Numbered from the stretch's first letter, positions 42,126 through 56,220 are shown. The stretch is 64,000 bases of DNA from Lepidodermella squamata (GCA_047495785.1 JBLDXI010000020.1:186001-250000), one strand, 5' to 3'. Notes: a model not told the origin generated them from the sequence alone. Numbers and translations: made by a program.

Positions 42126-42648
42126 TCAAAGATTCCAATGTTACGATTAAAATTATCAAACATTTAATAAATTTCGAATGTCTTATTCGTAGAGGTCGAT
42201 GAAAAAAGATAAAACTGAACATTTTTAGCTCTTCTGTTGTCGGAAAAAGATGAAAAATCATTTATCTATTTACGAGTCGATCGATTTTCTCAATTAAGCA
42301 GCGATTAAGTGTTCATGTGCCTTGTCTCATATTGTCTTTATCAACCAGTGCATTAATATCATTGAAAGACCGAAATTTCTGTTATTCTCTGTTCATCCCT
42401 ATTATTTCTGGGATACCCTTTTGATTGCAATGCATCAAAGTAATGCAAGTGTAAATGATTTCATGCGCAGTTGTCATGATTTGGCAAATTTAGCTGGTGT
42501 TGTTATTTAAGGTCATGCCATGATTCCCAGTTTTCAGCTGAATGATAATGTTCATCAAATTTGTTGTTTAGAGAGATGGTGTTTGCTTCAGTCCTGCTAC
42601 CTCAAATTATTCAATTTATTTTCTATAGTGACTTGAATAATTGTTTTG

Positions 42649-45365
42649 ATGTTTGCCCCACCGCCTGAAAGCGAAGTAAAGGCTTCGGAGAAGCTTCTTT
42701 CTCCAGCCGGTGGTTCGAATGGGCGATTTGGATCCGCGAGCCAGCTCAATCAGTTGGCTATTCCCGGTCAGGATGCAGCAAATCTTAATGCGTTACTCGC
42801 CGGGCCGTATCAGAGGTCCCTATCTCAGAGCATGTCTGTAAGTTTGAGTATTAATTAGCGCTGAACTAAACGAAAAAGCATCTCTAATCATAACAGGCAA
42901 GTCGAAGGACAATTTTGACCGAGGTCGACCCAGCTACCATCCGTCCGCCTAACACAGGGTGGAGCAGTCAGATCGAATTTGTTTTTACTTGCATTTCTTA
43001 TGCTGTCGGTCTTGGAAACGTTTGGCGTTTCCCTTATTTGTGCTACAAAAATGGCGGAGGTTAGTTTACCTTATATTAAAAAGCGCCACTTGATTTTCTT
43101 CGGATGTGCTTTTTCAAGTCGACGATTTGTCCTGCATCTCTCACTTGAGTTAATAGTCGCTTCGCCAACCATTAGATTTTTGCAACTGCTGCAGTACGCG
43201 AAAAATCAATCCTGAAACGATTTCAAGGCAGCGCGTAGGCCGATATATCTCGGCAAAACGACTTTTAATACACTCCGTACAATATTTCAATGCGGCCCAC
43301 TGAAATATACTATATTCGCTCGCGTCATGTTTATTTTATTCCTCGTTGGCGCTACGCCACACTTGTCAAATTTCCATCGATTATTTTTCATAATAAATTG
43401 TTTTTTTGTGTGTGCTACGCAAGACCTATGCGCGCGTTATTACAAACACGGTCACGAGTAATCATGAAGACGAAAACTAATCAAGACGTTTTGTTGCGTA
43501 ACAGGTGCTTTTCTGTTTCCGTATTGCATTATGCTTGTCCTCGTCGGTCTGCCCATTTTCTTCCTCGAGCTATCGTTCGGGCAATTTGCTTCCCTGGGTC
43601 CGCTCACTATTTGGACCATAAATCCTTTTTTCAAAGGTTTGTCGCGGTTGAAATTTTATCAGCGAAATTGAAGAAATTGAAATGGTTTATTAATCAGGTC
43701 TTGGGTACGCTATGGTTACAGTGTCCCTCGTGATAGCGCTGTACTACAACGTCATTATCGCCCAGTGCCTACTTTACTTTGTGATGTCAATGCGTGGGGA
43801 GCTACCATGGGACTCATGTGACAACTCCTGGAACACACCCGAATGCTACGAGCCTCATCATCGCAACGACTCAGATGCAAATGCTACCAGAAGTAGCGAA
43901 GTGATGACTTTGAAAACAAATTATACTCTAGATGGAAACTACGCAATTGTTGGCACCAAGACCGAAGAGTTTTATTACAACTTTGTGCTGAATCAGTCTC
44001 CGGACGGTATCAGTGACATGGGATTGCCTCAATGGCGCATGACACTGTGCCTGCTGGTCTGCTGGGCGGTGGTTGCCCTCGGGTTGATCAAAGGTGTGAA
44101 GAGCCTCGGAAAAATCAGCTACTTCACAGCTCTGTTCCCGTACGTGATGCTTAGCGTGCTACTCGTTCGCAGCATGTTGCTACCAGGCGCTTTTGATGGC
44201 ATTGTCTATTATTTGAGCCCTGACTGGAAACGGCTGAAGGATGTGCTGGTTTGGCAGGAAGCCGCTACTCAAATATTCTACAATTTGAGTTGTGCGACTG
44301 GCGGGCTTATCGCCATGGCCTCTTTCAACAAGTTCAGGAATAACTGTTTGCGTGACGCGCTGATTGTGCCGGTCCTAAACGCGTTTACCAGTATATTTGC
44401 CGGTCTCGTCGTTTTCAGTGTTCTAGGCTTCATGGCATACACAAAAAATACGACAGTCGACAAGGTTGCGTCTGATGGTCCTGGCCTGGTGTTCATCGTT
44501 TACCCCGAAGCGCTGGCTAAATTGCCTATTGGACCTCTCTGGTCGATTCTTTTCTTTTTGATGATGTTAACTCTCGGATTTGGGTCGGAATTGTCACTAG
44601 TCGAAACTGTTTTAACTGCATTTCAAGATGACCTCCACGAAACCCTCAACACAAAATTTCGCAAAATCGTCTATCGAGTCTCTGTCTGCGTAGTGTGCTT
44701 CTTCATTGGCCTGTCAATGGTATGCAGGGTGAGTTTTATTTCAAATGTACTGTTCAATAAACTTAAGTCCTACTTTTTATTAAAAGGGTGGCATTTATGT
44801 GTTACAACTTGTCGACTTCTTCATCTCGTTTTTGGCGTTACTACTCATCTGTTTATTGGAGCTGTTGGTTCTCGCGTGGATTTACGGTTTCCCGAACTTC
44901 ACGTTCTGCGACGACGTTTCGATGATGCTCGGCCGCCAGCCGCCTCTGTTCTTCCGTTACATGTGGCGCTACGTCACCCCGGTCGCCCTCTTCGCGTTAT
45001 TCATCGCCAGCCTTGCGTTGTACTCGCCACCGAAAATGAGTATCGGAAACATCAAAGTTCAATTTCCGGACTGGGCACTTGCGGTCGGGTGGCTCATCGC
45101 CGCATTTCCGACCGTTCTCATTCCTGGCTGGATGATCTACTACCACTGTTACCTGGGCGGGTTCGACCTGTTGCGGGAACACACGCAGCCGATGGTGAAC
45201 TGGGGCCCGCGCGAACACGACGACCGAGTGGGGCGTTACGCGCAGCAGACTCAGGCGATCATGGCCCTTCAGGCTCTTCGCGCATCAGCCTCGCAAGCGC
45301 AGTTGGCTGCTGTCGAGCAGCAGAAGCAGCTGGAGGCGGAACAGAAGCAGCTTTCAACCGTCTAA
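42649..45365 (+). CDS. SLC6 sodium/chloride-dependent amino-acid transporter (glycine/proline/B0,+ -like)
   Basis: [33 protein letters not shown] (Gly rather than Asp in TM1, i.e. amino-acid type), GAF...[49 protein letters not shown] and [13 protein letters not shown]. The apparent frameshift is a 58-nt intron (44729-44786). Confidence 0.92.
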
Positions 45366-47499
45366 TCTTCTTAATCTAGTTCATCCTGACATATCAACCT
45401 AATTAGAAACGAAGTCGGGCCTACGAAGCTTCTCATGATTATGATTTGATATGCTTTTATGACTACCATCAGTCGAGAAACCTCACTTCTACCCTATCTC
45501 TTTCTAGCCATAGCTTGTTCCGTGATGTATTCACTGTACATACATATCACTTATCTCTATTTTCGAATCGCCGGAGGATCTGCTGCATATCAAAATATCA
45601 CGTCGAATTAGTGCCATTTGTTTTGTTGTTGGTTTCGATACACATTTTATCACTTGTCTTATTATTTTCCCTGCAGGTCTGGGTTTTGATCTGAAATTTT
45701 TGTTTCCGTCGCTGTTGAGCTGATAACTTTCTACCGATATTTTTTACGTTGATGAATTACTCGCTTAGCTGTTTACGCGCGCTCTGTCTCTCTGTCTCTC
45801 TCTCTCTCTCTTTTGCACGTTGCATAATTTCTCTTTTTTTATTCCGAGAATGCATATACCATGCCAATGGATTGTTTGTTCCGAAGCGTGGCCACTAACC
45901 ACTGCCGAAAACTGAATTGTAATGGGCTGCGTTGGTTAGTTATTGTTGTAGGCATTCATTTGTTAGTTATTTGAAGTTCCCAATCACGCCCTCAAACCTA
46001 ACAAATTGAACCGTGTGCTAATGAAAATGTTACTTTTTCTTTCGCTGCCTTCTCCGGTTCGCCATTTATTGGATTCCTATTAAGGTCTGCACCAACCTGA
46101 TTGTCAGTTTCACAGTATTGCGATTTACGTCGAATAGCCGAGCCAATTGCGGTATATTATGTTGCCGTGCAAAAGGCCGGTGTTGTGCAGAACTATTTGC
46201 TAATTATTTCTATATACGCAGCGGTTACATTTTGCCCGATATCTAGTAGAATGATGATCTAGCGCTGCAATCACGCGTTGTGCCCAAAAGCATTAATAAT
46301 AATATGAGTTATATCAACTAAATTATTTAGCGCTAGTTGTTGAGGCTTCTTTTTATGTTATCTATCGCTATTATTCCCATTTTATTAGCAATTAGTCATT
46401 TCTTAAATAGTTACTTATTTACGAATATATGTCTAACCTTAAATATATATTATATAATTTCGATACTATTTTCTGGAATATATACAATAAATGACATGAA
46501 TCAAGCAATCAAGAACTGCATCTTACTCGCCTAGCAGTAGTTGTGGTGATGATGTAGAAGATAGACGTTTCCTTCTTAGTCAAATACGTTCACTATTTCC
46601 TTTTTTCCGCGAGTCCTTTCGACAGACAATACCTACATCAAATCTGATCAATTGATTATCCTATTTCGAGTATTGGGAATGTGTGAAGAATCCACAAATA
46701 ATATTTTAGACGGTGTGCGTTTCCCGTTTCCCTCTCTTGAATTGCATATTCTATTATATTCATTGCTACCGACTAAAGCAATCACTGATTTCGAAACGGT
46801 GATTTGCGAAAGAATTTTCTTCTCTTGTAGCTCGTTAAATTAGCTATTTGAATTGTGTAATGCCTTATAACGGAGTGAGGAAGTGAGTGTTGGTATAAGC
46901 GATGACGCTGCGACCCGTTGATCTTAAATCTACCATTCCCGCGATGCAAAACCTGATATAGTGGCATCCTGCGTCCCAATTGTTTTAGAATGATGTTTCT
47001 GTTTGTTCTATCCACTCATGCGTATCGCTCATGGCACGATTTGTTCAATTATGTCTTCATTGATGTAATTTGATGTCAAGTTGTCGACTTGGCCTTCGAC
47101 GGGCTCCATTCTGTTCTTAATTTCGATAATATGGTGTGATTATAATGCTGGTTTTGGTAACGGCACCGTGAAAATAAGAAAAGTTGAGTGAATAAACGAG
47201 ATCAGAATTGTTTTGAAGGATACTTAATTTTGTACAACGATTTTATTTATACTAAGTAGCCATGATGATAGACGAACAACGTAATAACAAATCCGAATAA
47301 GTAGCCGCTCGTAGCTAGCGCTGTTTAAGAATGATGAAACAGAATGTCGGTCGTATGAATAGCCGTAATATTCTAACGCAGCAGATAGCGCGCTCTCACA
47401 AAAACCAAATTACACCAAACACAAAAAGAGAAACTCGTACGCCACCAGTATAACGTCAGTGTCCATGCCGAGGAGATTTCCGATTTCATCAGAGTATGC

Positions 47500-48876
47500 T
47501 TATTTCCTTCCGTTGGACTTTCCATAGGACCGGCTGCGGCTCCTAAGATGATATAAAGATAAAGAGGTACTGTAAACATATTAATGATTAATTCTCACCT
47601 GCTCGGACTGCGACTATAGCTCCGACGCGATCGGCTGCGAGAACGGCTACGGCTACGTGGTGAACGCGACCTCCTGAAAAAAGTAGAAGATCGACTGTAA
47701 AATTCGCAATGCCCAGGATATTTCGTAAGACGCATTTATTTGGACGAAGGGTTATGTTTCGAATTGTTAGCTTTCAAAGAATTTAAATGGAACCGGAATT
47801 TAGCTTGTCTTACACGCTATTGATGACGCATGCTGAGTAGCAGAGAAAACAGCACGACGAAGTGCTGAGCTGTATGTTCAATGCAACCAGGCAGGAGACG
47901 TGAAGATTTGAAGTATTTTTGATGCATTTTCGAACGCTCAAACGAACAAATGATCCCAGGAAACGCTGGGTAATGGTTGTTTACCCCGAGCGGATAACGC
48001 TGTTACTTACAGCTGGGAGCTGAAATTGAGCCCGAAATTCAGTTATGCAGTCTGCTGTGCTGAGCTGCCAAGATGGCCGTTAATTACGAAATGCAGTTTA
48101 GCTCATGCAGACAAACGCAGAGATAGGTATGGGGGACAAAAATGGACGATGAGGCGTTTGATTGATGAAAGCAGAAATTCTGCCGGCTGATTTGTAGACG
48201 TATTTTAAAAGTATATGCAGCGCAATTAGATGAAATAAGGAGATAACTGGATCGTTGTTTCTACATATGAAATATTACACAACCAAATGAAAGTACGGTC
48301 ACTGAAAAGTTTGGAGGATATCATATAAAAAAACTTTGCTTCGACTTACGATCGGCGGCTTCCTCCTCGTGCAGCGCGGTCACGTCGACGCCGGCATTCG
48401 TATGCCAGATGTCCGGGCTCGCCGCATTCATAGCAACGGTCAGAGTCGTTTCTGCCACCCCGATCACCGCGCCTCGGTGGAGGCGCTCCGCGTTGGAAAG
48501 ATTTGGGGCGAGCTCTACCAGATGAATGCTCGACCCTTACACGCACACCACATACCGTGCTGTGATCAATAACGAGGCAAGTTTTGACCATCTTGTGTTT
48601 AGAATTTAAACTCACGTTCCATCCAAAGCTTTTACAGCATCTGCGGCATCTCTGTGATCTTCGAATTCGATAAAAGCGAAACCTGGAGGACGTCTCGCAA
48701 CCCATACGTTACGGAGTCGACCGTAGTAAGAAAACGCGCGTTCCAACTCCTTCTCGTCAGCGTCCTCCGTCAAACCACCAACGTAAACCTGGACATATAA
48801 GACTCATCATGGAAATGCTACATGCTTAGGAGATATATCAAACCTTGGATTCAGAACTTCCAGACGCTCGGGACAT
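47500..48876 (-). CDS. SRSF7: Serine/arginine-rich splicing factor 7-like (RRM + CCHC zinc knuckle + RS)
   Basis: KVYVGGL...[41 protein letters not shown] and RS-repeat exons, ending ...SNGRK-stop. Confidence 0.92.
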
Positions 48877-49925
48877 TATATCCGCCTAACAAAGAAAACT
48901 AGAACCTATTATAAAACCACGAGAAAATTATATAACGCACTCGACATAATGAAAGAATAACTATTAACTTAGGAATGAAATGGGCAAAAATGTTATCTAA
49001 CACCTAATTGTGACACCTGGTGAACAAAAATCATCGTTCATATTAGACAGCTTGCTTCCGCAATTCGCATATCCACAATCCACAACAACAAACAACAAAC
49101 AAAAAGTAATCAAACTCATCATCTTTATTTGATTCCTTTTATTGCAACGAAATACAGTAACTAAGGCTAAGTGGTAAGTACCAATGGGGTAAGTAAAGTA
49201 GTGGGGTACCGAGTAGCGAATAAGTCTGTGCCGCGAACGGCTAGGCGACTTGGGACTTTACTAATATCAGCGTTTGGCTACAAGAGACACGGAGAGGACC
49301 GAAACGGTAACGAAATGCGGGAAGAAAAGAAATCGGGAGCGGCGGGTCTCAGTGTTTCGACTGGATGGACAAAATAACGAAACTGCGGTTCAAGGTCAAG
49401 AGTAATTAGTCGATAGCCGATCACATAATTCGAATTATGAGCATTTATAGATAGGAAAATTCTCATATTTTTTTTTAAATATTTATTGCTGTTTATATCT
49501 ATCGTCCTTCAACTCGGTTTTTAGTTTTCACGCGCTGCTTTTGCATTTGCTTTTGGTTTTTTAGCGCTGATCGCGTCTGTGCTCCGAAGCCTGGGCGTGA
49601 GATTGGCGACGCATCCTTCATCATCATGAGCAGCAACTGCCCGAGGCGCAGGTAAGCTGTTGCTAGCGCAGGTAGGCGCTGCGACCCCGGTCTTTACGTT
49701 CGAAAATTGTGTGTTGTTCGTTCATGACGACGGTTTCGCATTCCGCAAAAAGATAAAAGTTATCACCTTCCCGGAACCCCTCTATGTGGCCATTGGATAG
49801 AAGACCACTCTTGCGAATCCTATTTGATTTTTGATAATATAAATACATGGTTCACTAGCCTCTGAAGTAGCGGGCGAAGAACGAAGAAAGGTGAAAGGGG
49901 GCGTGTGGCAAAGCATCTTCTATAT

Positions 49926-51648
49926 GAGCCGCGACAAGTGAAAACCGTAGCTTACGACATTTTTTTCAAATTCGAGTTCATTGCATGGTCTAATGCAGTT
50001 TTTCGCGCTCATTCCAAATCTGAAACCCATTTTTTAATATCTGCTACGTTCTCAAGATATTGACAATTGAGTGCGCGCACATTAAAATTGCAATTTTTCA
50101 GGAGAAGCAAAAAACTAAAACAAAAGATTCGCACATTTAATAGCGACAAAATTTGATGAAACCTTTGCAAAATGCGTTGACCGAAACGCCTCATTTAGTG
50201 GTTTTAGTGGCCAACTAGGGCAGTTTGAGTCATAGATTCTAAATTTTGCATTATTATGAACCTAAGCCCAGCCGATCTACCTTAATCTCACTCTTTTTTG
50301 CCAAGGATTCATTTTCGCAATACCCCACTGTTCTTGCGTCTCTGTTTTTATGCTCAGTTTTTAAGCTGTGTGCCAACGAAACCAATGGGGACGAGCTGAA
50401 AGGCTCGCCTTTTTATATTACGACAGCCGTTATAACCAATAAGCAGCAGACGCAATTAGAGTCACAGACGCAATTTGAGTTTCAGACTTAACAGCGGCCC
50501 TCAAAACATCCACTCACGTTGCATAGGTTTTTTCATCGCAATCGGTTTCCACCGGCACATTGCTTATTTTCCACAAAATTTAATGTGCAAGGCAGGCATT
50601 TTAGCCGTTCTGCAAGCAGGGTACGATAAAATCTGAATAAATAAATCTGAAAAACGTATCTGCAACAGGCCCAGCCGAAATGATTAGCTTGGATAAAATG
50701 GGATAAATAATGCGAAGTGCCAATGGCCTAATTTGATAGTTTCCGTTAAATCGACGATCCCTCTTCTCACAATCAACAATAGTATTGAGCTTGTTATGTT
50801 GATTCATAGCTATAGCAGTCTTGACTTCAAAAATCATGCTACATTAATGGCTCGTTAAATAACTTTCGAGAGGTCCCAACAATTAAAAATTGAAGATCTT
50901 ATGCACGAAAAATGATCAAATTTTGTTGACATAAGTCTCGGGGCTATGTCGTGTCCTAGACATAATTAATTTTAATGCTAGATAGGGTGCTCGGCTCTAC
51001 TCTAGCTGCAGTCATTTCACGGGGAAATTCGGAAAATTAATGGGAAAACAAAGAAAACAGTATTCTTTCATGAAATTCATCCTATGATTTCAACGGCGAT
51101 TTACCCTCTTCCTTCAAATTCAGTATTTATCCATGCCACAGGAACCTAGCCCTATTCATAGATATGATGGCAGATCACCAAAAGCTACATTGATCATAGA
51201 GATGATGAAAAAATCGCACTAAAAATTCGGATTTTGACGTTTTTTATGAGCCATCCGCATTCCGCACGTTAACGTCAAAGGTCAAGTTTCGAATTTGTGG
51301 GCGGTTTTTATGTCTAAAAATACTACAAGTAACAAGCTTTGAAATGAATATAGTGTCTCGCTCGAAAAATGTAATGGTAAAAAGTTTTACGCGCACCCCA
51401 AATTTACCACAAAATGCGTGAAAAATGCGTAAATTTCATGTTTTTGACGCACTCGCATTTTTACGTTATAGCATGAAAACTATGCATCGCAGAGAAAATC
51501 GGATTGCACCAGCAGATTCCTCATGAAAAACTGCTCTAGAAAATCATGGAAAGTCGATTTTGACAAAATTCACCTATCAAGCCTTCTTTGCGTTCTCGTG
51601 AAAATTTCTCACAAGTGCGTAAGCTACGGTTTTCACTTGTCGCGGCTC
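49926..51648. mobile_element. Non-autonomous TIR DNA transposon, about 1.7 kb, Sola2-like termini
   Basis: Perfect 31-bp TIR gagccgcgacaagtgaaaaccgtagcttacg at 49926 and its reverse complement ending at 51648, flanked by an ATAT 4-bp TSD. No transposase ORF. Confidence 0.8.
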
Positions 51649-52266
51649 ATATATCTATTTGGCAAAGCATGATGATTTTACGCCGTTGCCCTTGTAACAT
51701 TTTGAACCGGATTTTGCACAGAATGGCGTCATCTAATGCTTGATTTCTCGCATTAATCGTTGCTCTTGAATAACTCCTCCGAAGTAACAGCGTTCTCAAG
51801 TATCAAACCATCAAACCATGATAATTAGCGCAATTCAATCAACTCCTGGGGCGAAAGTTAAACTTCTGGAGAGGTTTTGAGCTTTTGTTAAGCCCTGTTA
51901 AAGATATGCAGACCGATGGCGGAAATAATATATTATATTTGTAATTTATTTTCTCTAATTTATTGTTGTGTTAGATTATGCCACAAAGCACAAAAGCCCA
52001 TTGAAAAAACTCGAGAGCGATGCTCAAATATACCTTTCGTCGGGCAACGGGCGATTGGGCTTATGAATGAAGAATCCATCTGTCCACCCTCCTGGAATAG
52101 CATCAGCATTACCTATTTTCGCTTGCGGGGAGATATAAGGATCGCCCAAGTACAAGCGTTCGCTTAAGCACTTTCTTATCTTCTTATCTTATAATATATA
52201 TTCACGATCTCATGCCACGGTTTTCTTATTGTTTATTACATGTTACATGCCACTAGCTCGCCGCTC

Positions 52267-52293
52267 GAAGCCAAGGTCACCGACCTTGGCTTC
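52267..52293. repeat. 12-bp-stem hairpin upstream of the TMED gene
   Basis: gaagccaaggtc-acc-gaccttggcttc. Confidence 0.5.
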
Positions 52294-52485
52294 AGATTTA
52301 ATATACGACGTTAGGCATACCGCGTCCTCGCTAAAAACTATAATTTGAGAAGAATTTAAATACCTAATGAACATTCATTTAAAAAATCACCCGATAAAAC
52401 TGTAAATCGGATTATAATTGGAATGGAGGAAGATTTATTTTGAATTTGTCATCGCTTTCCAATTTGACAATCTTCAATTTTTAGA

Positions 52486-53329
52486 ATGAGGTTGTTATTG
52501 TTATTGAGCATTTTACTGGCGGTGGATTTCGGAGCTACGACCGAAATGAGTTTGACGTTTATTCTGGACAGAGGAAAAAAAGACTGCTTCTACCATTCGA
52601 TGCCAAGGGGAACTAATGTTGAATTGGAGTTTCAGGTCATCCACGGTGGAGATTTAGATGGTGAGTCATATCTACTTGTTCGCTGTCGTCAGCTAAAAAA
52701 TTCCTCGAATTCTAGTTGACATCGAAGTTATGTCGCCGCAAAACCAAGTTTTGGTGAGGGCTTTTAAGAAGAGCACGGGAAATTATCGGTAAATTGTTAT
52801 TTTCGTGAATCCATCCAGTAATACATATTATATGATTCTTGCGGTTTCAGCTTCTCTGCGCCCGTCGATGGAGATTACAGCTTCTGCTATGATAATAACT
52901 ACGTCACGTACGCGGATAAAATGGTTTTCTTCGATCTCCTTACGGACGAAGTTACTCAGCAGCAGCAAGCCAAAGCTCCCGAAGAACAACATCGGGAAAT
53001 GATCGAGGCTTATGTTAATATGACTGTTGAACAAGTTGTTTCTGTTCTGAACAGAATTCAAGGGCATCTCGATCGTAGTGAACAAGCTCAGCGTTTATTT
53101 ACTGCACTCGAGCTTAGGTAAGCTGGAAAAGATTGTTCAAAAGTAGTTAAATTTAAGAATTTTTTCATTTAGGGATCGCTCGATCGCCGAAGACAATTTT
53201 ACACGAGTCAATTTTTGGTCAGTCGTCTTCGTTGTAGTCATGATGGTTGTGAGTGTCGTGCAAGTGTTGACCATCCGCTCTCTATTTTCTGACAACAAGG
53301 GCAAGCGCGGATTCAAAATGGGCACCTGA
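52486..53329 (+). CDS. TMED/p24 gamma family cargo receptor (TMED1/5-like)
   Basis: Signal peptide, GOLD domain (LTFILDRGKKDCFY, EFQVIHGGDLD, GDYSFCYDN...KMVFFD), coiled coil, RDRSIAEDNFTRVNFWS, a TM segment, QVLTIRSLF and a short tail. Confidence 0.9.
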
Positions 53330-53676
53330 ATGATTCCATTAAAACTGCATTTTCATATGCTAAGGCGACGAGTTATTTATGATGTTGGATATTATTGGTT
53401 GTATGCCTGTACATTCGGAAATTCGGATTTTACTGCTGAATTATTGAAATATCTGAAGCCTTTCGTTATCATGCTCCCTGTAACTCATTGGCATTCTTCA
53501 TGCTGCTTCTCAGCATACGGTGAAGGTGCTAAAAATCATTTGGAAATGAGGCCGCATCTGTACTGTATCTGTTATTTTCATGTACATTCTGTTCATTCGT
53601 AGGTAGTAGTATCAAAGAGTTACATTCACAATAAAGGCGCGCATGACTCGAAACATTATTTATTTTTTGTTCGTAT

Positions 53677-54412
53677 TCAAGGCAGATTTCTCACATCTTC
53701 CAAATCATCAAAGCCAAGCTCGCATTCCAGTTTATCCTCTGCGGAACGGAGTGGCAAACCAGCTGTATTTCTGACTGTGTTTTCTTGCTGGATTTCGCTT
53801 CTAGGCACAGTTGTGTTCGCTCGACCGGGCGGCAGAATAGACGATTGGCCTGGATCGCGGGCAGTCTGCGAGACGTTATCTGCGGGTTTCTTTGACTCCT
53901 GTGTTGTTTTCACCTTGGCATTGACTCTTATTTGGTCGATCTTTTGTTTACGTTGCTCCATATATTTGCGATAGTCCCTTTCCTCCTGCTTTCGAACTTT
54001 TTCTTCGTATAAACGGGTATCTACAAGAAAAATAAAGAGCTTATCACAAGGCATTGGTACACAATATTGCACTCATTAACTTTTCAGCTCCTCCGCAGTG
54101 GGAAATACTAATGCCTCCTTTCCTGATGCAAAATTCAATAGTTAAACGTCTGGTGTGTGGAATTTGCCCGCGCATACTTTCAGATGACGTAGCCACCTTC
54201 AGTAGTTGATTTGCGTCTCTGTTAACACAAACATAATTTTAAGAATATACTCAGAATACCAGAAAATCCAACTTTGCAGTTAGTTTTGATTCGACTATAG
54301 CTGGTGAGTTAATCGACTTCCAAAACAATTTAGCATAGTTTTTGTCTTCGGCGGCCGACTCCGAAAATTCTGTTGTTTCTGTGTAAGTTATGTTAGCGAA
54401 AATTGTTTCCAT
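53677..54412 (-). CDS. HOATZ: HOATZ (C11orf88/UPF0722) cilia- and flagella-associated protein
   Basis: Four exons give METIF...EFSESAAEDKNYAKLFWKSINSPAIVESKLTAKDANQLLKVA...EERDYRKY...DDLEDVRNLP. This resembles recalled HOATZ blocks (FxxSxxxDxxxAKxFWxS, ES, QxLxVA, DxEEVxxL). Confidence 0.75.
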
Positions 54413-54733
54413 GCGAAACTATGGAAAAATACAAGGTCGTAACTCAGAACCTTGAAAACACGCGTTGCTAATTGGATCAAAACATGCAGATATACCTATA
54501 TGAGATGGCTCTAATCCCTCGGAACAATTATTTGCTCACCGGTAATTTCAGTGTTTTATGGCTTTATGGAAATTCCAATCTTTACTATGTGCAGTGCAAA
54601 AATGCGCGAGGTATGGCAAAAGTTGGAAAAGATTAGCGGTATTACATGGTAATTTCAAAGATTACCATGTTAAAACCCAAATCCACTGTTGAAAAAACTG
54701 ATTCTTCGAATCATCTACCTGTTTTTGTAAGTA

Positions 54734-55341
54734 CAGTAATTTGGGGTGACTTTGGTTAGCGGGGTGACATTAGCATAGGTTTTTGCGATCGACTTTCAAT
54801 CAATAAATTCTTCGCAAATTGACAAGCTAACCCCCTCAATATGGATGTCGCCGTAAAGCCAGTAACGACTAGAAACAGATAGTGCAGTCAAGGTAACTAT
54901 CAGGTACTATAGCATGAATTGTAGTGGACAGGTAAGGGTGGTCGAAGCCACCCGAAAGGCATGTTAGATGCTGATGGGGTGACTTTGTACCACTCAAATA
55001 TCGAAGCCGATAACATAAAAACCCAATGAGTGGGCTACCGTCGGATAGCCTGAAAGCAGAGGGGTTCGAAAATGAAGTTTGATTTCGATTTGGATAGCAT
55101 GGATTCCTTTGGTTAGGATCCAAATTCTACCGGAAATCGAACTTTTTAATTCCTCCTTACTTTACCTGTCATTGATTACTCAGAAATAAGTCGGATTGGT
55201 GTACATTGTACACATCTAGGCCTGGCTTTCCTTGGGCTATCCAGCGGTATCCCACTCATGGGGTCTTTACCTTACCGGCTTCGATATTTGAGTGGCCAAA
55301 GTCACCCCTTTTTGACATGTCAAAGTCACCCCAAATTACGT
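54734..55341. mobile_element. Tc1/pogo-type MITE, about 610 bp, TA TSD
   Basis: TIRs gtaatttggggtgactttg / caaagtcaccccaaattac flanked by TA. An additional internal inverted repeat of about 70 bp (about 54976-55050 vs 55235-55308). Confidence 0.7.
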
Positions 55342-55589
55342 TAAAATATTATTAGAGCCTAACGCCTTGTGCTTGGGGCTATCCCGTTTATACTCGGTAG
55401 GAAAATTCCAATGTTTCAGATTACTGCATTTGCTGCTATTTTCAGAGAAATCTCGCTGTTGAGGAGTCGGCAGCATTCCCTCTAAGCCTCCCATACGAGT
55501 GCAAGTAATTGGTAAATAAGAAAACGGCTATGAAAGTTATGAAATTCATGAAAAGAGAGAATTGGACATCCGGGACGGTATTTGTAGTT

Positions 55590-56006
55590 GAGATCTTTGG
55601 AATTGATGTGATTTGATTTACAGCCTAAATCACGGACCTCCTTCAATCAATCAAAATCAATCATTGTCCCAATTTTCCAGGACTAAATCAATCAAATCAA
55701 ATCATCGACACCCATAAATCACTATAAATCGCGAAACATCGGATTTCCAGTAAGCTGGGGGCATCGAAATGTCAAGAAAAATATGAAATAACGCGAATTT
55801 GAAAACACCGTCCCTTTCTAAAGCAAATTTTAGAAGCAAATTAGGAGGAGAGATCTTAGTTTCGCGGTATCAAGTTTTTCGATTGCATCACCAAGGGTAA
55901 ATCAAAGTCGATCAAACAAAAATGCTTTCCCGCGTAAATCAATCATTTCATATCTAAATCAGTGAAAATAGGGCCTAAATCAAATCAAATCAAATCCAAA
56001 GCACTG
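55590..56006. mobile_element. hAT-like MITE with (AAATC)n subterminal repeats
   Basis: The left end ctttggaattgatgtgatttgattta is an imperfect inverted copy of the right end taaatcaaatcaaatcaaatccaaagcactg. Many internal aaatc repeats. Confidence 0.55.
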
Positions 56007-56169
56007 CTTTTAGAGCATAAGACCTCAAATTTTGGCTCGCTTTGTTTGCATATGGCTCTTTTTTATTGTTCAACCTTTTCATAACATTGCTACACCGTTC
56101 GAAGGGAAGGCATTGATAATGAATCTATACATTTTTCATTCGAAAATTTCCGAAATTTTCTCTTCAGCT

Positions 56170-56220
56170 TCGAGACGTCCCAGTCGTTGAATGGATGGGC
56201 CGACGACTGGGACGTCTCGA
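56170..56220. repeat. 18-bp perfect-stem hairpin
   Basis: tcgagacgtcccagtcgt-(15 nt)-acgactgggacgtctcga. Confidence 0.65.

Noticed and set aside
43712-45379. Apparent frameshift between the 555-aa and 188-aa SLC6 ORFs
   Set aside because: Explained by a normal 58-nt GT-AG intron at 44729-44786.
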